Positions 8,466-17,947 of a stretch of DNA of 64,000 nucleotides are shown here, in pieces. This DNA is from a virus (taxonomy: Duplodnaviria > Caudoviricetes), in IMG/VR virus record IMGVR_UViG_3300014204_000137, positions 1 to 64,000 of that record; one strand, 5' to 3'. The translations under genes were made by a program, and so were the position numbers. Numbering within the stretch: position 1 is the stretch's first letter; the number at the start of each line of letters is the position of its first letter. The notes below the pieces were generated by a model. The model was not told where the DNA came from and searched no databases. It worked only from the letters and a program-made list of their open reading frames with translations.

Positions 8466-9833
8466 ATGAATATGAATGTCAAGTTTAAATTCGTTACGCC
8501 TGACTTTACAAAGGCACAGAAGGACGCAGAACGCATTATAGAAGGGTACGCGTCCACTTTTGATGTTGACCGCCAGTACGAAGTAGTGACTCCAGAGGCT
8601 ATGCAAAAAGCAGTAGGAGATTTACTCACTACCAATACCACAGTATTTTATGAGCACAAGCACGAACAACTTCCTGTTGGTAGAATTTTAGACGCACGAG
8701 TTGACGATGAGGGTCTTTGGATAAAAGTACTCATCTCCCAAACAGCAAATGAAGTCTGGACGCTAATCCAAGAAGGAATTTTAAATAAGTTTTCTATTGG
8801 GGGTAAGGTAACAGGAGCATTTAAGAAATTTGATAAGAGTTTAAATCGCGATATTACGTTTATAACTGATATGGTACTTTACGAAGTTTCTGTTGTAGGA
8901 TTACCTGCAAACCAGAATGCATCATTTAAAGCAAAAAGTTTAGCGAGTGTTATGATTAAAGCTCTCGAGGGGAGAGAAAAGATCGATGAAGCTCTAAAAA
9001 TAATTCAAGGAGGTGTTAAAACAATGGATGAAAAAATTGAAAAGAAAGAGGAACCTAAGGCCGAAGAGACCAAACTCGAAAAGAAAGAGGAACCCAAGGT
9101 AGAGGCAGCAAAAGAAGAGGTTGTGGAAAAGAAAGTAGAAGATCCAAAACCAGAAGAAGTTATTGCTAAATCTGAAGTACCTGAAACTCCACCTGCAGTA
9201 GATCCAAAGGTCGAAAAGCCAGTAGAACCTGAAATGAAGAAAGAATTATCAAAAGAAGAAATCGAAGCACTAGTAGAAAAGACTAGTGACAAGAAAGAAG
9301 AAGTAGTTCCTGTTAAGGAGAAAGCAATGGACGCTCCAGCAGGTGATCCAAACGCAGACGAATCTGCTTACGTGTACGAACAGGACGCAACAGTAGTACT
9401 CGAAGCACTAACTGCTAAAGTTGACGAGATTTTAGCAATAGTAAAAGACATACAATCAAAAGCAGTTACACCAACAGCACCTGCAGCTCCAGTAGTAAAG
9501 GCGGAAGAAGTTGTAACGCCAACTACTGAAGTACCAGTTGTGAAAGCTGAAGAAGCTCCCGTAGCAAAAGTTGAGGAGCCTATTCAGAAAGCATTAACTG
9601 CAGAAGACGTTGCAGCAATAGTTAGTAAGACGTTTGACGAGAAAGTAGGAAAGATTAGATTAGTTCCTTCAAGAAAAGGAACTCTTATCAAGAGTGATTT
9701 AGAATTGAAGAGTGAAACAAATTCAGACGATCTGGATATTCTTATGGATGAGAAGAAGTTTGATAAGCTTCCAAAAGAAGAGCAGACGAAGTTAATTCGA
9801 AAAAGTTTGTTCGGAATTATTACAGGTAAATAA
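8466..9833 (+). CDS. HK97-family prohead protease fused to acidic scaffold region
   Basis: IEGYAST..VDR, FYEH, PVGRI, FSIGG, LYEVSVVGLPAN; Glu/Lys/Pro-rich C-terminal half. Confidence 0.9.
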   Translation: MNMNVKFKFVTPDFTKAQKDAERIIEGYASTFDVDRQYEVVTPEAMQKAVGDLLTTNTTVFYEHKHEQLPVGRILDARVDDEGLWIKVLISQTANEVWTLIQEGILNKFSIGGKVTGAFKKFDKSLNRDITFITDMVLYEVSVVGLPANQNASFKAKSLASVMIKALEGREKIDEALKIIQGGVKTMDEKIEKKEEPKAEETKLEKKEEPKVEAAKEEVVEKKVEDPKPEEVIAKSEVPETPPAVDPKVEKPVEPEMKKELSKEEIEALVEKTSDKKEEVVPVKEKAMDAPAGDPNADESAYVYEQDATVVLEALTAKVDEILAIVKDIQSKAVTPTAPAAPVVKAEEVVTPTTEVPVVKAEEAPVAKVEEPIQKALTAEDVAAIVSKTFDEKVGKIRLVPSRKGTLIKSDLELKSETNSDDLDILMDEKKFDKLPKEEQTKLIRKSLFGIITGK

Positions 9834-9893
9834 TAGTTCAGAGCAAGAAGTTAAAAAAGTTCTACAAAACTCAATGGAAGGAGGTAAACTTAA

Positions 9894-10919
9894 ATGGACG
9901 AAAAACTTTTAAAAGCATTAACGACAGCAGGAGATTTTAAAATCGATGATCCTAGTGGTGCAGGGTATCTACCCAAGCCCCTAGCGGATGAAATCGTTAG
10001 ATATATTACTGAGATCAACTATTGCAGACAGATTTTCCGTATGGTTCCTATGGCCAAGAAGACTCTGGATATTCCAGTGTTAACTTCTGGTCGGAATACA
10101 CCCGGGAAAGGTGTCTACTATGTTCCTTCTCAGGTCGATATTTCTGGCAAAACAGATCAGATCGGTCCGAAACTTCACGCAGTCAGATTAGAAGCTAAGA
10201 AACTTATGGCATTTGCAAACGTCGACAACGACGACATTGAAGATGCAGCAGTAGACGTAGTTGATCTACTTCTGGAATCTTTCGGTGAAGCATTTGCTGA
10301 AGCGGAAGAGCTCGCTATGATGGCAGGTGATCCTACGGATGCAGGAATCGATGCGGATGATCCTCGCAAAGCATTTACTGGTCTAGCTAAATTGGCTGAC
10401 GCAGCAACAGTCGTTGAATCCCAGGCTATTACCGAGACAGATTTGGAATGGAAAGGAATTGAAGAAACCGTTTCAAAGGCTATTAAACGTCTTGGAAAAT
10501 ATGCACGTAATAGAAAGAATCTGGTTCTTTTCATCGACACAGCTATTGCAGAGTATTGCCGTAGATCTCGTAGATTAGTTAACATCACGAACTTAGCAGG
10601 AGCACGTACTGGTGACGCCGCAATGGTAGAACCGGGACAGGCTGATACAATCTATGGTATTAAGACTTACGAGTCTTCTTATCTAGATTATCTGGGGGCT
10701 ACTCTCAAGGGAACTAAAGGTACTGGTATTCTGGTACCCGCAGACGAACCTTTGATCGGTGACCGTCGGAAGATCAAGATCGTGAAGAAAGAGCTTGAAG
10801 AGCATGACAAAATCAGATTCGTCATATCCGAAAGGATTGACTTTAACGTCAGACATCGCGCATACAATGCGGGACAGGCTGGGGTTTCTGAGGCTGTTTG
10901 CTTAATCAAGTTTAACTAA
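9894..10919 (+). CDS. Major capsid protein (HK97 fold)
   Basis: GYLPKPLADEI, L.AKKL.A, IED, FAEAEELAMMAGD; follows protease; strong RBS (ggaggt) and downstream terminator. Confidence 0.9.
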   Translation: MDEKLLKALTTAGDFKIDDPSGAGYLPKPLADEIVRYITEINYCRQIFRMVPMAKKTLDIPVLTSGRNTPGKGVYYVPSQVDISGKTDQIGPKLHAVRLEAKKLMAFANVDNDDIEDAAVDVVDLLLESFGEAFAEAEELAMMAGDPTDAGIDADDPRKAFTGLAKLADAATVVESQAITETDLEWKGIEETVSKAIKRLGKYARNRKNLVLFIDTAIAEYCRRSRRLVNITNLAGARTGDAAMVEPGQADTIYGIKTYESSYLDYLGATLKGTKGTGILVPADEPLIGDRRKIKIVKKELEEHDKIRFVISERIDFNVRHRAYNAGQAGVSEAVCLIKFN

Positions 10920-10937
10920 TTCACAGTAAAATTATAG

Positions 10938-10972
10938 GAAGGGCTAGACTAAACATCTAGCCCTTCTTTCTT
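10938..10972 (+). terminator. Intrinsic terminator after the capsid gene
   Basis: gaagggctaga-ctaaaca-tctagcccttc followed by tttctt (11-bp perfect stem). Confidence 0.85.
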
Positions 10973-11000
10973 GCAAATAAAAAGGTAAATATAAAAGAAA

Positions 11001-11507
11001 ATGAATATCAATTCTAAAGATTCAGATAAAAAATATTGTAGTAAATGTTCGATAGAATTAACTGTTGATAATTGGTTTAAATGTCATAAAGAGAGAAATA
11101 ACTATATATGTAAGAAATGTAGTAAAGACATGTCTAATATGTACTACAAAACTCACAAAGAACAAAGTTCTCAATACCACAAAGAGTACTATCAAAATAA
11201 CCGTGAAATTATTAAAGAACGTATTAGAGAATATCAAATGACTAATGGATTATACGTTGATATAGAAGGAAAACAGATTTTTATATCAGGAGTTAGAAGA
11301 GAACGTCCTTCGGATGGTTTATGCGAAATGTGTCGTAAGCGAAAGTTTGAAGACTACCACCACTGGGATAATACTAATATTAAACTAGCTATGTGGTTAT
11401 GTAGTAAATGCCATCCAATAGCTGAAATAGCTGAACGCTTTAAGAGGCATAAAGTACAAGTACGACATTATCTGAGTTTAAAGAAAATAATCATAAAAAA
11501 TCAGTAA
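11001..11507 (+). CDS. HNH-type homing endonuclease-like protein
   Basis: CSKC..CKKC N-terminal Zn motif; CEMC..YHHWD..WLCSKCH. Confidence 0.7.
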   Translation: MNINSKDSDKKYCSKCSIELTVDNWFKCHKERNNYICKKCSKDMSNMYYKTHKEQSSQYHKEYYQNNREIIKERIREYQMTNGLYVDIEGKQIFISGVRRERPSDGLCEMCRKRKFEDYHHWDNTNIKLAMWLCSKCHPIAEIAERFKRHKVQVRHYLSLKKIIIKNQ

Positions 11508-11536
11508 ATAGTTAACTGAAATTGTTGTTTTTATAT
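11505..11536 (+). promoter_or_regulatory. Putative late promoter
   Basis: TAAATA (11505) ... TGTTTTTATAT (11526-11536). Confidence 0.6.
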
Positions 11537-11581
11537 TTGAAGACGTATCGATAAATTTTTATTATTTTCAAGGAGATCTCA

Positions 11582-12184
11582 ATGGAAAGATATACCAATA
11601 AAACTTTAGTATCAAATATGATTGGAATATCAGAAGATGATGTTCAGGATGATTGGCTAGATTGGGCAACCGCTCAAGTAGATGCGCGTACTTTTCAAAC
11701 ATTTGCGGACGTTGAAGTAGTGGAGAGATACGATGGATCTGGTTGTGATGAACTCCTTTTAAATCACAGCCCCATTATATCCATTTCTAAAATAGAGTAC
11801 CTACAAGATGGGCATATGGATGTATGGCTAGAGTTTGATAAAGACTATACAGTATTCTATGCTGACGAAGGACGCCTACGTTTAGTGGAAGATGTAAATG
11901 GTCAAGAACATACTAGCTTTTATAGAGGTGTACAAAATTGGAAGATCACCTACAAGTATGGTTATAGTGAGATACCCCGTTTAGTAGAACTTCTTGCAAC
12001 CCTCCTAGTAATAGAACTATACCAGATTAAGCGTGATGGAGCATCAGGGGTAGTAGCTAGCGAGAGAATTGGAGCGTACTCTATATCGTATGCAACTTCA
12101 GGAGCAGTAGTTCCGGTCAAGAACTTAATAGAAGAATTGGTTACAAAATTACGCGTGGGAAATATAGGAGTAGTAGGACTTTAA
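11582..12184 (+). CDS. Head-tail adaptor (gp6/gp15-like)
   Basis: ERYDG, ITYKYGYSEIP, SERIGAYSISY; position after capsid. Confidence 0.8.
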   Translation: MERYTNKTLVSNMIGISEDDVQDDWLDWATAQVDARTFQTFADVEVVERYDGSGCDELLLNHSPIISISKIEYLQDGHMDVWLEFDKDYTVFYADEGRLRLVEDVNGQEHTSFYRGVQNWKITYKYGYSEIPRLVELLATLLVIELYQIKRDGASGVVASERIGAYSISYATSGAVVPVKNLIEELVTKLRVGNIGVVGL

Positions 12185-12185
12185 A

Positions 12186-12509
12186 ATGGCACTAGCAAAT
12201 TTTCTTACTATGGACGTAGAGGTATGGCGACGAGCCGCAGGTACAGAAAATGAGTATGGAGAGAAGACTGATACGTGGACTAAAGTAGCTACCATTAAAG
12301 GAGTAATTCAACCTTCTACGGGAAATACAGTTAGGGTTGAGAATGGTATTTCAGTAACGAATAGTCATACGCTATTTACTTTAGCGGGAGCTAATATTCG
12401 TGCGGGTGACAAGACTAAGTACGGAGATAATTGGTATAATGTAGTTTATGTAGGTGACGCAGCAGGTAGAGCTCATCACAACGAAGTAGAACTAAATTTG
12501 GTGTCCTAA
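12186..12509 (+). CDS. Head closure/stopper protein (SPP1 gp16-like)
   Basis: NEYGE...W, IRAGD, WYNV, HHNEV.L; synteny. Confidence 0.8.
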   Translation: MALANFLTMDVEVWRRAAGTENEYGEKTDTWTKVATIKGVIQPSTGNTVRVENGISVTNSHTLFTLAGANIRAGDKTKYGDNWYNVVYVGDAAGRAHHNEVELNLVS

Positions 12510-12886
12510 TGATACAGGCAAAAGTACACTATTCAGAAGAAGTAAAAGCAGAATTAAAGAAATACGGAATTGGCGTTATGCCTAGAATTAAATTTGGTCT
12601 CACACAATTTTTAGATAAGGTTGCAAATGTTGCTCGTACTATTGTACCAGTTAAAACAGGTCGCTTGCAATCCTCACTAAGTTATGAAGTTAATGATAAA
12701 GGAAATGGCGGAGTAGAGGGTAGAGTAGGAACAAACGTCAAATATGGTAAGTGGGTAGAATTAGGTCATCGAATTATGCGTCACGGAAAACAAGTAGGAA
12801 CTGCTAAACCTAAACCATACCTATTACCAGCATTTCAAAAAACATTACCAGAATTAGTTGATTTTATTAAAAAGGCTTTAAAATAA
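12509..12886 (+). CDS. HK97 gp10-like neck/tail completion protein
   Basis: PVKTGRLQSS, VGTNVKYG..VELG, KPYLLPA. Confidence 0.85.
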   Translation: MIQAKVHYSEEVKAELKKYGIGVMPRIKFGLTQFLDKVANVARTIVPVKTGRLQSSLSYEVNDKGNGGVEGRVGTNVKYGKWVELGHRIMRHGKQVGTAKPKPYLLPAFQKTLPELVDFIKKALK

Positions 12887-13293
12887 TGCGTTATGACATC
12901 CTTAAAAAAGTTAAGAGTGTATTAGTAGCAGACGCAACTATTCATACTTACGTAGCTGACGATATCAGAGTAAGAGATCTTCCACTACCAAAAATACCTA
13001 AGCAAATTACGATAAGAAAAACTTTTGGAACTAGTAATTCAATTATTCCAGCTTGCGATTGTACAGTCTATATTACAGTTTGGGTAAAGCAAAAAGAAGT
13101 AACAGAACCATATAAGATGACTACACAAATAACAGAACGCATAAATGATCTCTTTAATAGAAAAGGTGAATCATTAAATGAGTCTGATTTAATAGTTAAT
13201 CAGATGAAGAGAACTGACGCAGAAATTTCTTATACAGATGATCAAGAGTATTGGACCAGCACCATAATTTTAGAGTGCGTAACTAACGATTAA
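12886..13293 (+). CDS. Tail terminator protein
   Basis: Synteny between gp10-like gene and tube; size and beta pattern. Confidence 0.6.
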   Translation: MRYDILKKVKSVLVADATIHTYVADDIRVRDLPLPKIPKQITIRKTFGTSNSIIPACDCTVYITVWVKQKEVTEPYKMTTQITERINDLFNRKGESLNESDLIVNQMKRTDAEISYTDDQEYWTSTIILECVTND

Positions 13294-13307
13294 GGGAGGT
13301 GTGAGAA

Positions 13308-13565
13308 ATGGCAGTAAGAACTTATTCAAATCCAAAAGTAGTTTCGCCAAAGACAGTAACAAGTTTGAAGCAAGGGATACTTTTTGAGATGGCAGCAACA
13401 ACAGATGATACAGTAGTGGTAAATGAATTGGCAGCAGTTACAGCCGCTGTAGCTTTTAAGGCTTCTGATGCAACAGCAGTCGACGTTACAGTTTTAGGAA
13501 AGACGATTACAGTGACGGAGGAATCATTAACGAACGAAAAACTTATCGTATTAGCTTTAGGTTAA
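13308..13565 (+). CDS. Small virion structural protein (decoration-like)
   Basis: 85 aa, Ala/Val/Thr-rich, strong RBS gggaggt. Confidence 0.5.
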   Translation: MAVRTYSNPKVVSPKTVTSLKQGILFEMAATTDDTVVVNELAAVTAAVAFKASDATAVDVTVLGKTITVTEESLTNEKLIVLALG

Positions 13566-13600
13566 GCTAACGAATAAACATTAAAGGGAGGTGTTAAAAA

Positions 13601-13969
13601 ATGGCAGACTATAAATTTTCAGTAGGTAAGATTAAGATCGGAGCTAATACAGTAGCATTCTGTACTGGTATCTCAGTTAAGTATGATGGTGGTCCAGTTG
13701 AGTTCCGAGGAGGAGATTACCGCTATCCAGTTTGGTTGGAATTGGGTGGAAAGTCTCTAGAGATCACAGTAGAGTCAGCTAAGTTTGATTTGGATCCTGC
13801 AGAACTAAACAACGCGTACGTTTCTGTAGAACTTCAGACTGGCGCCGAAGGTGGTGGACTAGCAGGTACTATTGATAACATGAAGGTAGTGTCCTACGAA
13901 GTCAAGCAAGCACAAGACGCTTTCGTAGTTTCTACACTAGTATTACGCAAGGCGGCAAATCCAGCTTAA
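13601..13969 (+). CDS. Tail tube protein (minimal)
   Basis: Strong RBS; beta-rich; directly precedes the chaperone pair and tape measure. Confidence 0.65.
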   Translation: MADYKFSVGKIKIGANTVAFCTGISVKYDGGPVEFRGGDYRYPVWLELGGKSLEITVESAKFDLDPAELNNAYVSVELQTGAEGGGLAGTIDNMKVVSYEVKQAQDAFVVSTLVLRKAANPA

Positions 13970-14050
13970 TCATTTGGGAGAGGGCGAGGAGAAGGTTTCC
14001 AGAACTATCCTTCACAAAAATATAACCTCTGTCCCTCTCCCGATCATTAA
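13966..14050 (+). other. Long intergenic stem-loop between tail tube and chaperone genes
   Basis: gggagaggg (13976-13984) pairs with ccctctccc (14033-14041); inner gagg/cctc and gaagg/ccttc helices. Confidence 0.6.
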
Positions 14051-14069
14051 CACGATATAGGAGACGACA

Positions 14070-14357
14070 ATGGAAAGAATAACTCAGACGAAGAAATCAA
14101 TAACGTTAGCAGACGGTTTAGAATACGAAATTAAACCATTAACTCTAAAAGAGTCAAAAGAGATCATACCACTCTTAAAAGAATTTAATGACGTAGGTAA
14201 AACGTTGGACGATCAGTTAATTATGAAGGTAGCTGAATTATGCCAACGCATTCTTCAAAAAAGTGTTCCAAACATTACAGTTGAACGTGTAATGGAGTTA
14301 GTAGATTTAGAGACAGTTCAAAAAATTATTTTAGTAGCTTCCGGAAGGGAAGTGTAG
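14070..14357 (+). CDS. Tail assembly chaperone (gpG-like)
   Basis: YEIKPLTLKE motif; position before tape measure; ends in TAG. Confidence 0.75.
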   Translation: MERITQTKKSITLADGLEYEIKPLTLKESKEIIPLLKEFNDVGKTLDDQLIMKVAELCQRILQKSVPNITVERVMELVDLETVQKIILVASGREV

Positions 14358-14360
14358 AAC

Positions 14361-14651
14361 TTGAAAGATTCTTCGACTTTTGAATTAATAGATATTCTCG
14401 CAAGAGAGTATGGATGGACAATAGAGTACATCCAAAATCTAGGAATGGATGAACTAGAAAATATTCTATCTACCATCCTTCAAAGACGAAGAAACGAATA
14501 CCAAACGCTTTTGTTAGTTATTAATCACGCTATAGCAGGGAAGAAATTAAATTGGGAAGACACTAGTAATGAAGGACCTGCTAATGAAGAAAAACAACTT
14601 TTAGACTTAATGAGCAAACTTAAAACGAAGGTAGTAAAAAATGGTCCTTAA
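14361..14651 (+). CDS. Tail assembly chaperone extension (gpT-like), in frame with the upstream gene
   Basis: LAREYGWTIEYIQNL motif; TTG start one codon after the TAG, same frame. Confidence 0.7.
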   Translation: MKDSSTFELIDILAREYGWTIEYIQNLGMDELENILSTILQRRRNEYQTLLLVINHAIAGKKLNWEDTSNEGPANEEKQLLDLMSKLKTKVVKNGP

Positions 14652-16443
14652 AGATTTATACTTAAAAGTAACAGCAGACGCATCTGGAGTTAAAATAGCT
14701 ATGGCAGATGCTGGAAAAGCTGTAGACCAATTTAAGAAGCAAACAGAGTCTCTTCATGCAACAGGAGAAAAATTATCGTCTCTTATAACGGGAGGACTTA
14801 CCGCAGGTATATTAGCATTAGGCGCTACCATCACTGGAGCTATAATGACAACCACTAAATTTGATGATATTATAGTTAGAGCTTTTCAAGACGCTTCTGA
14901 CGGCGCTTCAATAGCTACTTCAGCCTTTAATGAATTTGCAAATGCAGCTAGAAAAATGGGAGCTGCTTCTATATTTGGTGGAAATCAAGCTGCGCAAGCA
15001 ATGAAAATTTTAGCTAGTCAAAATTTAAGTACTACGGATACTATTAAAGCAGTTGCAGAAGCTGAACTATTAGCTAGTAGTACTGGAATAGAGTTAAGTT
15101 CTGCTGCACAAGCTGTAGGAGCATCTTTACGAACGTTTGGCGATTCTGGTTTAACTGCAGGTGACGCAGCAACCTTCTTAGGAACTGCTGCAATAAAAAG
15201 CTCCTTAAATGTAGAGCAATTTTCTTCTACTCTAAGATTAGTAGGTCCCTTAGCACAAACTGCTGGATGGTCTTTTAAAGATTTAGTAGCAGCTACTGCA
15301 ACTCTTTCTGATAAAGGTATTGAGGGTATGCGTGCAATGATGGGAATGTCTACTACAATGAAAGAGTTATCGGATCCTACTTCTTCACTCACTAAACTAT
15401 TAGGCGAATGGGGAATAAAAGTAGCAGATAGTAAGGGAAAATTAAAACCACTTTCTGAAGTCATCAGCATTTTAAGTACCGCAGTATCTGGAAATGAAGA
15501 AAGATTTAGAGCATTGACTAATACTGCTGGACCAGCTTTTGCTACACTCATTAAAGGTTCTAACGACTTTGCAAAAACATTGACTGAATTAGGTAAGGGT
15601 AGAGAGACACTCCAAAAACTATCCAAAGAATATTCTGAAACACTACCGGGAGCATTTAAGAGATTTAGAGCCTCCGGAGAAGAGGCTTTATTAGGATTAG
15701 GCGACTCCATGAAAGAACCACTAATAACATTTTTAAATAATATGTCAGAAGCATTATTAAAAGTAGCAAGTTCAATAGATAAAAAAGCAATAGAGGATTT
15801 AGGAAGAGCAATGGTAGATCTAGTAGGAAATTTACCTGCACTAATCAATTTACTATCTACATTAGCAAATGGTTTGACAACAATAGTAAATGTTATTAAT
15901 TTAGCTGTAGCTGGAGTAATTAAGTTAGGAACATATTTTTCATCCCTAGGAAAATATTTATCTCAGATTGATTGGGGTTCAGTTATGACTGGTTTTGCTA
16001 CTGGAGGAGCAGGAGGTGCAATGTCTGCATTGGGAGCTCAAATAGGAAGTTTAAAGGGTGCTTGGGAAGATGCAAATGCAGCAGCAGATAAATACATTGC
16101 AAAAAATATGCAAGCAGCAGTAACTTCTGGAGTTAGCACAAACCTATCTTCAACATCTTCTGGAACTGTAGGTTATCATGCAGGAGCTAATGCAATGGTT
16201 ACTCCTGAAGGTCCTACTAAAGTAGAATTATACCAAACACGTATATCTGAAATTTTAGCTCAGTATAGAGATCAAATTGCAAATTCAAATCAAGTAAGAA
16301 TGGCAGGATTGATTAATATTATGGAAGATGTATTTAAAGTAAATGTTTCTAGCGAAGAGCAACTACAATCATTACTACGCGATAAACTTGCTGCATATAG
16401 AAAACGAGTAGAGGTTGTAAGAAGTGCTCCAACAATTGAGTAA
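14641..16443 (+). CDS. Tape measure protein (TP901-like), 600 aa
   Basis: Ala-rich helical protein; ARKMGA.S.F, LRLVGPLAQTAG, GIKVADSKGKLKPL. Confidence 0.9.
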   Translation: MVLKDLYLKVTADASGVKIAMADAGKAVDQFKKQTESLHATGEKLSSLITGGLTAGILALGATITGAIMTTTKFDDIIVRAFQDASDGASIATSAFNEFANAARKMGAASIFGGNQAAQAMKILASQNLSTTDTIKAVAEAELLASSTGIELSSAAQAVGASLRTFGDSGLTAGDAATFLGTAAIKSSLNVEQFSSTLRLVGPLAQTAGWSFKDLVAATATLSDKGIEGMRAMMGMSTTMKELSDPTSSLTKLLGEWGIKVADSKGKLKPLSEVISILSTAVSGNEERFRALTNTAGPAFATLIKGSNDFAKTLTELGKGRETLQKLSKEYSETLPGAFKRFRASGEEALLGLGDSMKEPLITFLNNMSEALLKVASSIDKKAIEDLGRAMVDLVGNLPALINLLSTLANGLTTIVNVINLAVAGVIKLGTYFSSLGKYLSQIDWGSVMTGFATGGAGGAMSALGAQIGSLKGAWEDANAAADKYIAKNMQAAVTSGVSTNLSSTSSGTVGYHAGANAMVTPEGPTKVELYQTRISEILAQYRDQIANSNQVRMAGLINIMEDVFKVNVSSEEQLQSLLRDKLAAYRKRVEVVRSAPTIE

Positions 16444-16453
16444 GGAGAAATAA

Positions 16454-17383
16454 ATGGCACTACCAAACTTTAAAATGTTTCGATCTGATACGTTAGCAGA
16501 AGTAGGTACTGACATTAATCCAATTGACTTAGGATTGTGTTTAGCGGGCGCAACTACATTCTTACCCTATCAAATACTTCTTTATAACGATAAGGATGCT
16601 CTAGTAGGAAGTGAAGATGCTAAGGAATTAGAATTAGGTCTACTTCAAATGAATTTAATTCAATCGTGGATTAGTACTGGCGGGGTAGGGCAGACATTCA
16701 CTTTAGCAGCAACTCCCTTAGTAGTTGATAGTGAAGAAGTAACTGTAAACGGAATTAAGTGGAGACGAGTAGATGCATTTGCTGGATTTGGTTCTGGAGA
16801 CGAAATTTATACTTTAGACTATTCAACGGGAGTATTGACTTTTGGAAATGGAGTTAATGGAAAAATACCTCCAACAGGAAACACTATTCAAATCAACTAT
16901 GTACCAGACCAAAATATTTATGGAAAGACAGTTTACGAAAATCTTTGGTTTCAGATTAAATCAAGTGGAGTAGTACAAAACACAATTTCTATAACTTCTG
17001 AACTAGCATCAAAATTAGACGATAGTCATATTAACGTAGTTCACTTTCCATCAGTAGTGGCAGTAGTAGGAGTATGGGATAATCCTGCTAAGACGGGTAC
17101 AAATTATTATACAGGTGGATCATTCGTTCCAGATACAGGAGCAATAATTTTAGGAACACCCATAACAGGAAGTACACCATATGTAGAATACACATATACA
17201 ATCAAGGATGATAGTGAATCTGCTATGAGTGTAATAGGAAGAGATAACGTTCACGAATGTGCAAATAGAGTTCCAAAAAATAACGCTAAGATTTTATTTT
17301 TATCAGTAACAGTACCAGCAACAGCTAGTACGGAAGGTGGAGTTTTTATTAGGGTTAGATTAAGAGTATATTATAGTTTTTAA
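16454..17383 (+). CDS. Tail tip/baseplate protein
   Basis: Follows TMP; VTVNG.KW.RV..F..DYSTG.LTFGNG.NGKIP motif. Confidence 0.6.
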   Translation: MALPNFKMFRSDTLAEVGTDINPIDLGLCLAGATTFLPYQILLYNDKDALVGSEDAKELELGLLQMNLIQSWISTGGVGQTFTLAATPLVVDSEEVTVNGIKWRRVDAFAGFGSGDEIYTLDYSTGVLTFGNGVNGKIPPTGNTIQINYVPDQNIYGKTVYENLWFQIKSSGVVQNTISITSELASKLDDSHINVVHFPSVVAVVGVWDNPAKTGTNYYTGGSFVPDTGAIILGTPITGSTPYVEYTYTIKDDSESAMSVIGRDNVHECANRVPKNNAKILFLSVTVPATASTEGGVFIRVRLRVYYSF

Positions 17384-17401
17384 TTAAGGGGGTGAATTAA
17401 T

Positions 17402-17887
17402 ATGGCAGCAACATTTACATGGAGTGAAAGTAACGGAGTAGGAGAAGCAGTAACAGATGGAATAGTAAATCTGAATGTAGGTAATACGGACGCTAAAGAA
17501 TTAGTACCAGCAGATTGGCCAATTCTAGCAGGAGAAAATTCTTACGAGAAATGGATTCGTGCTAAATTCGGAGGCACGTTTACAGAGATCTCTAATATGA
17601 AGTTATGGAAGTCAGCTGGAGCGTATAAAACTGGAGAAGCGTTAAAGTGGAACGAAACTTCAGATAACATATACCATCAACCAGTTAAAACAGCTTCTAC
17701 TCATGCGACATCTGACATTCCTACATCACTACCAGGAACTCTCAACGTTCATAGAAGTACAGGTGAGAATACTATGATCGCAGCTGGATATACACGATAT
17801 TTTGTATTCCAACTTCAATCTACAGTTTTAACACCCGCAGGAGCAGTTAATACGAAGACGATTACTTTTCAGTACGACGAAACTTAA
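17402..17887 (+). CDS. Virion structural protein (tail-associated)
   Basis: GENSYEKWIR, ITFQYDE motifs; tail module. Confidence 0.55.
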   Translation: MAATFTWSESNGVGEAVTDGIVNLNVGNTDAKELVPADWPILAGENSYEKWIRAKFGGTFTEISNMKLWKSAGAYKTGEALKWNETSDNIYHQPVKTASTHATSDIPTSLPGTLNVHRSTGENTMIAAGYTRYFVFQLQSTVLTPAGAVNTKTITFQYDET

Positions 17888-17947
17888 ACTATACACGTAA
17901 TCCAATACGTAGATATGTTTACCTACAATACAATGGAGGAAACAAAA

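Noticed and set aside
14341-14390. Lambda-like -1 slippery site (aagggaag) in the tail chaperone
   Set aside because: The -1 frame reaches TGA within about 10 codons, and the gpT-like ORF is in frame 0
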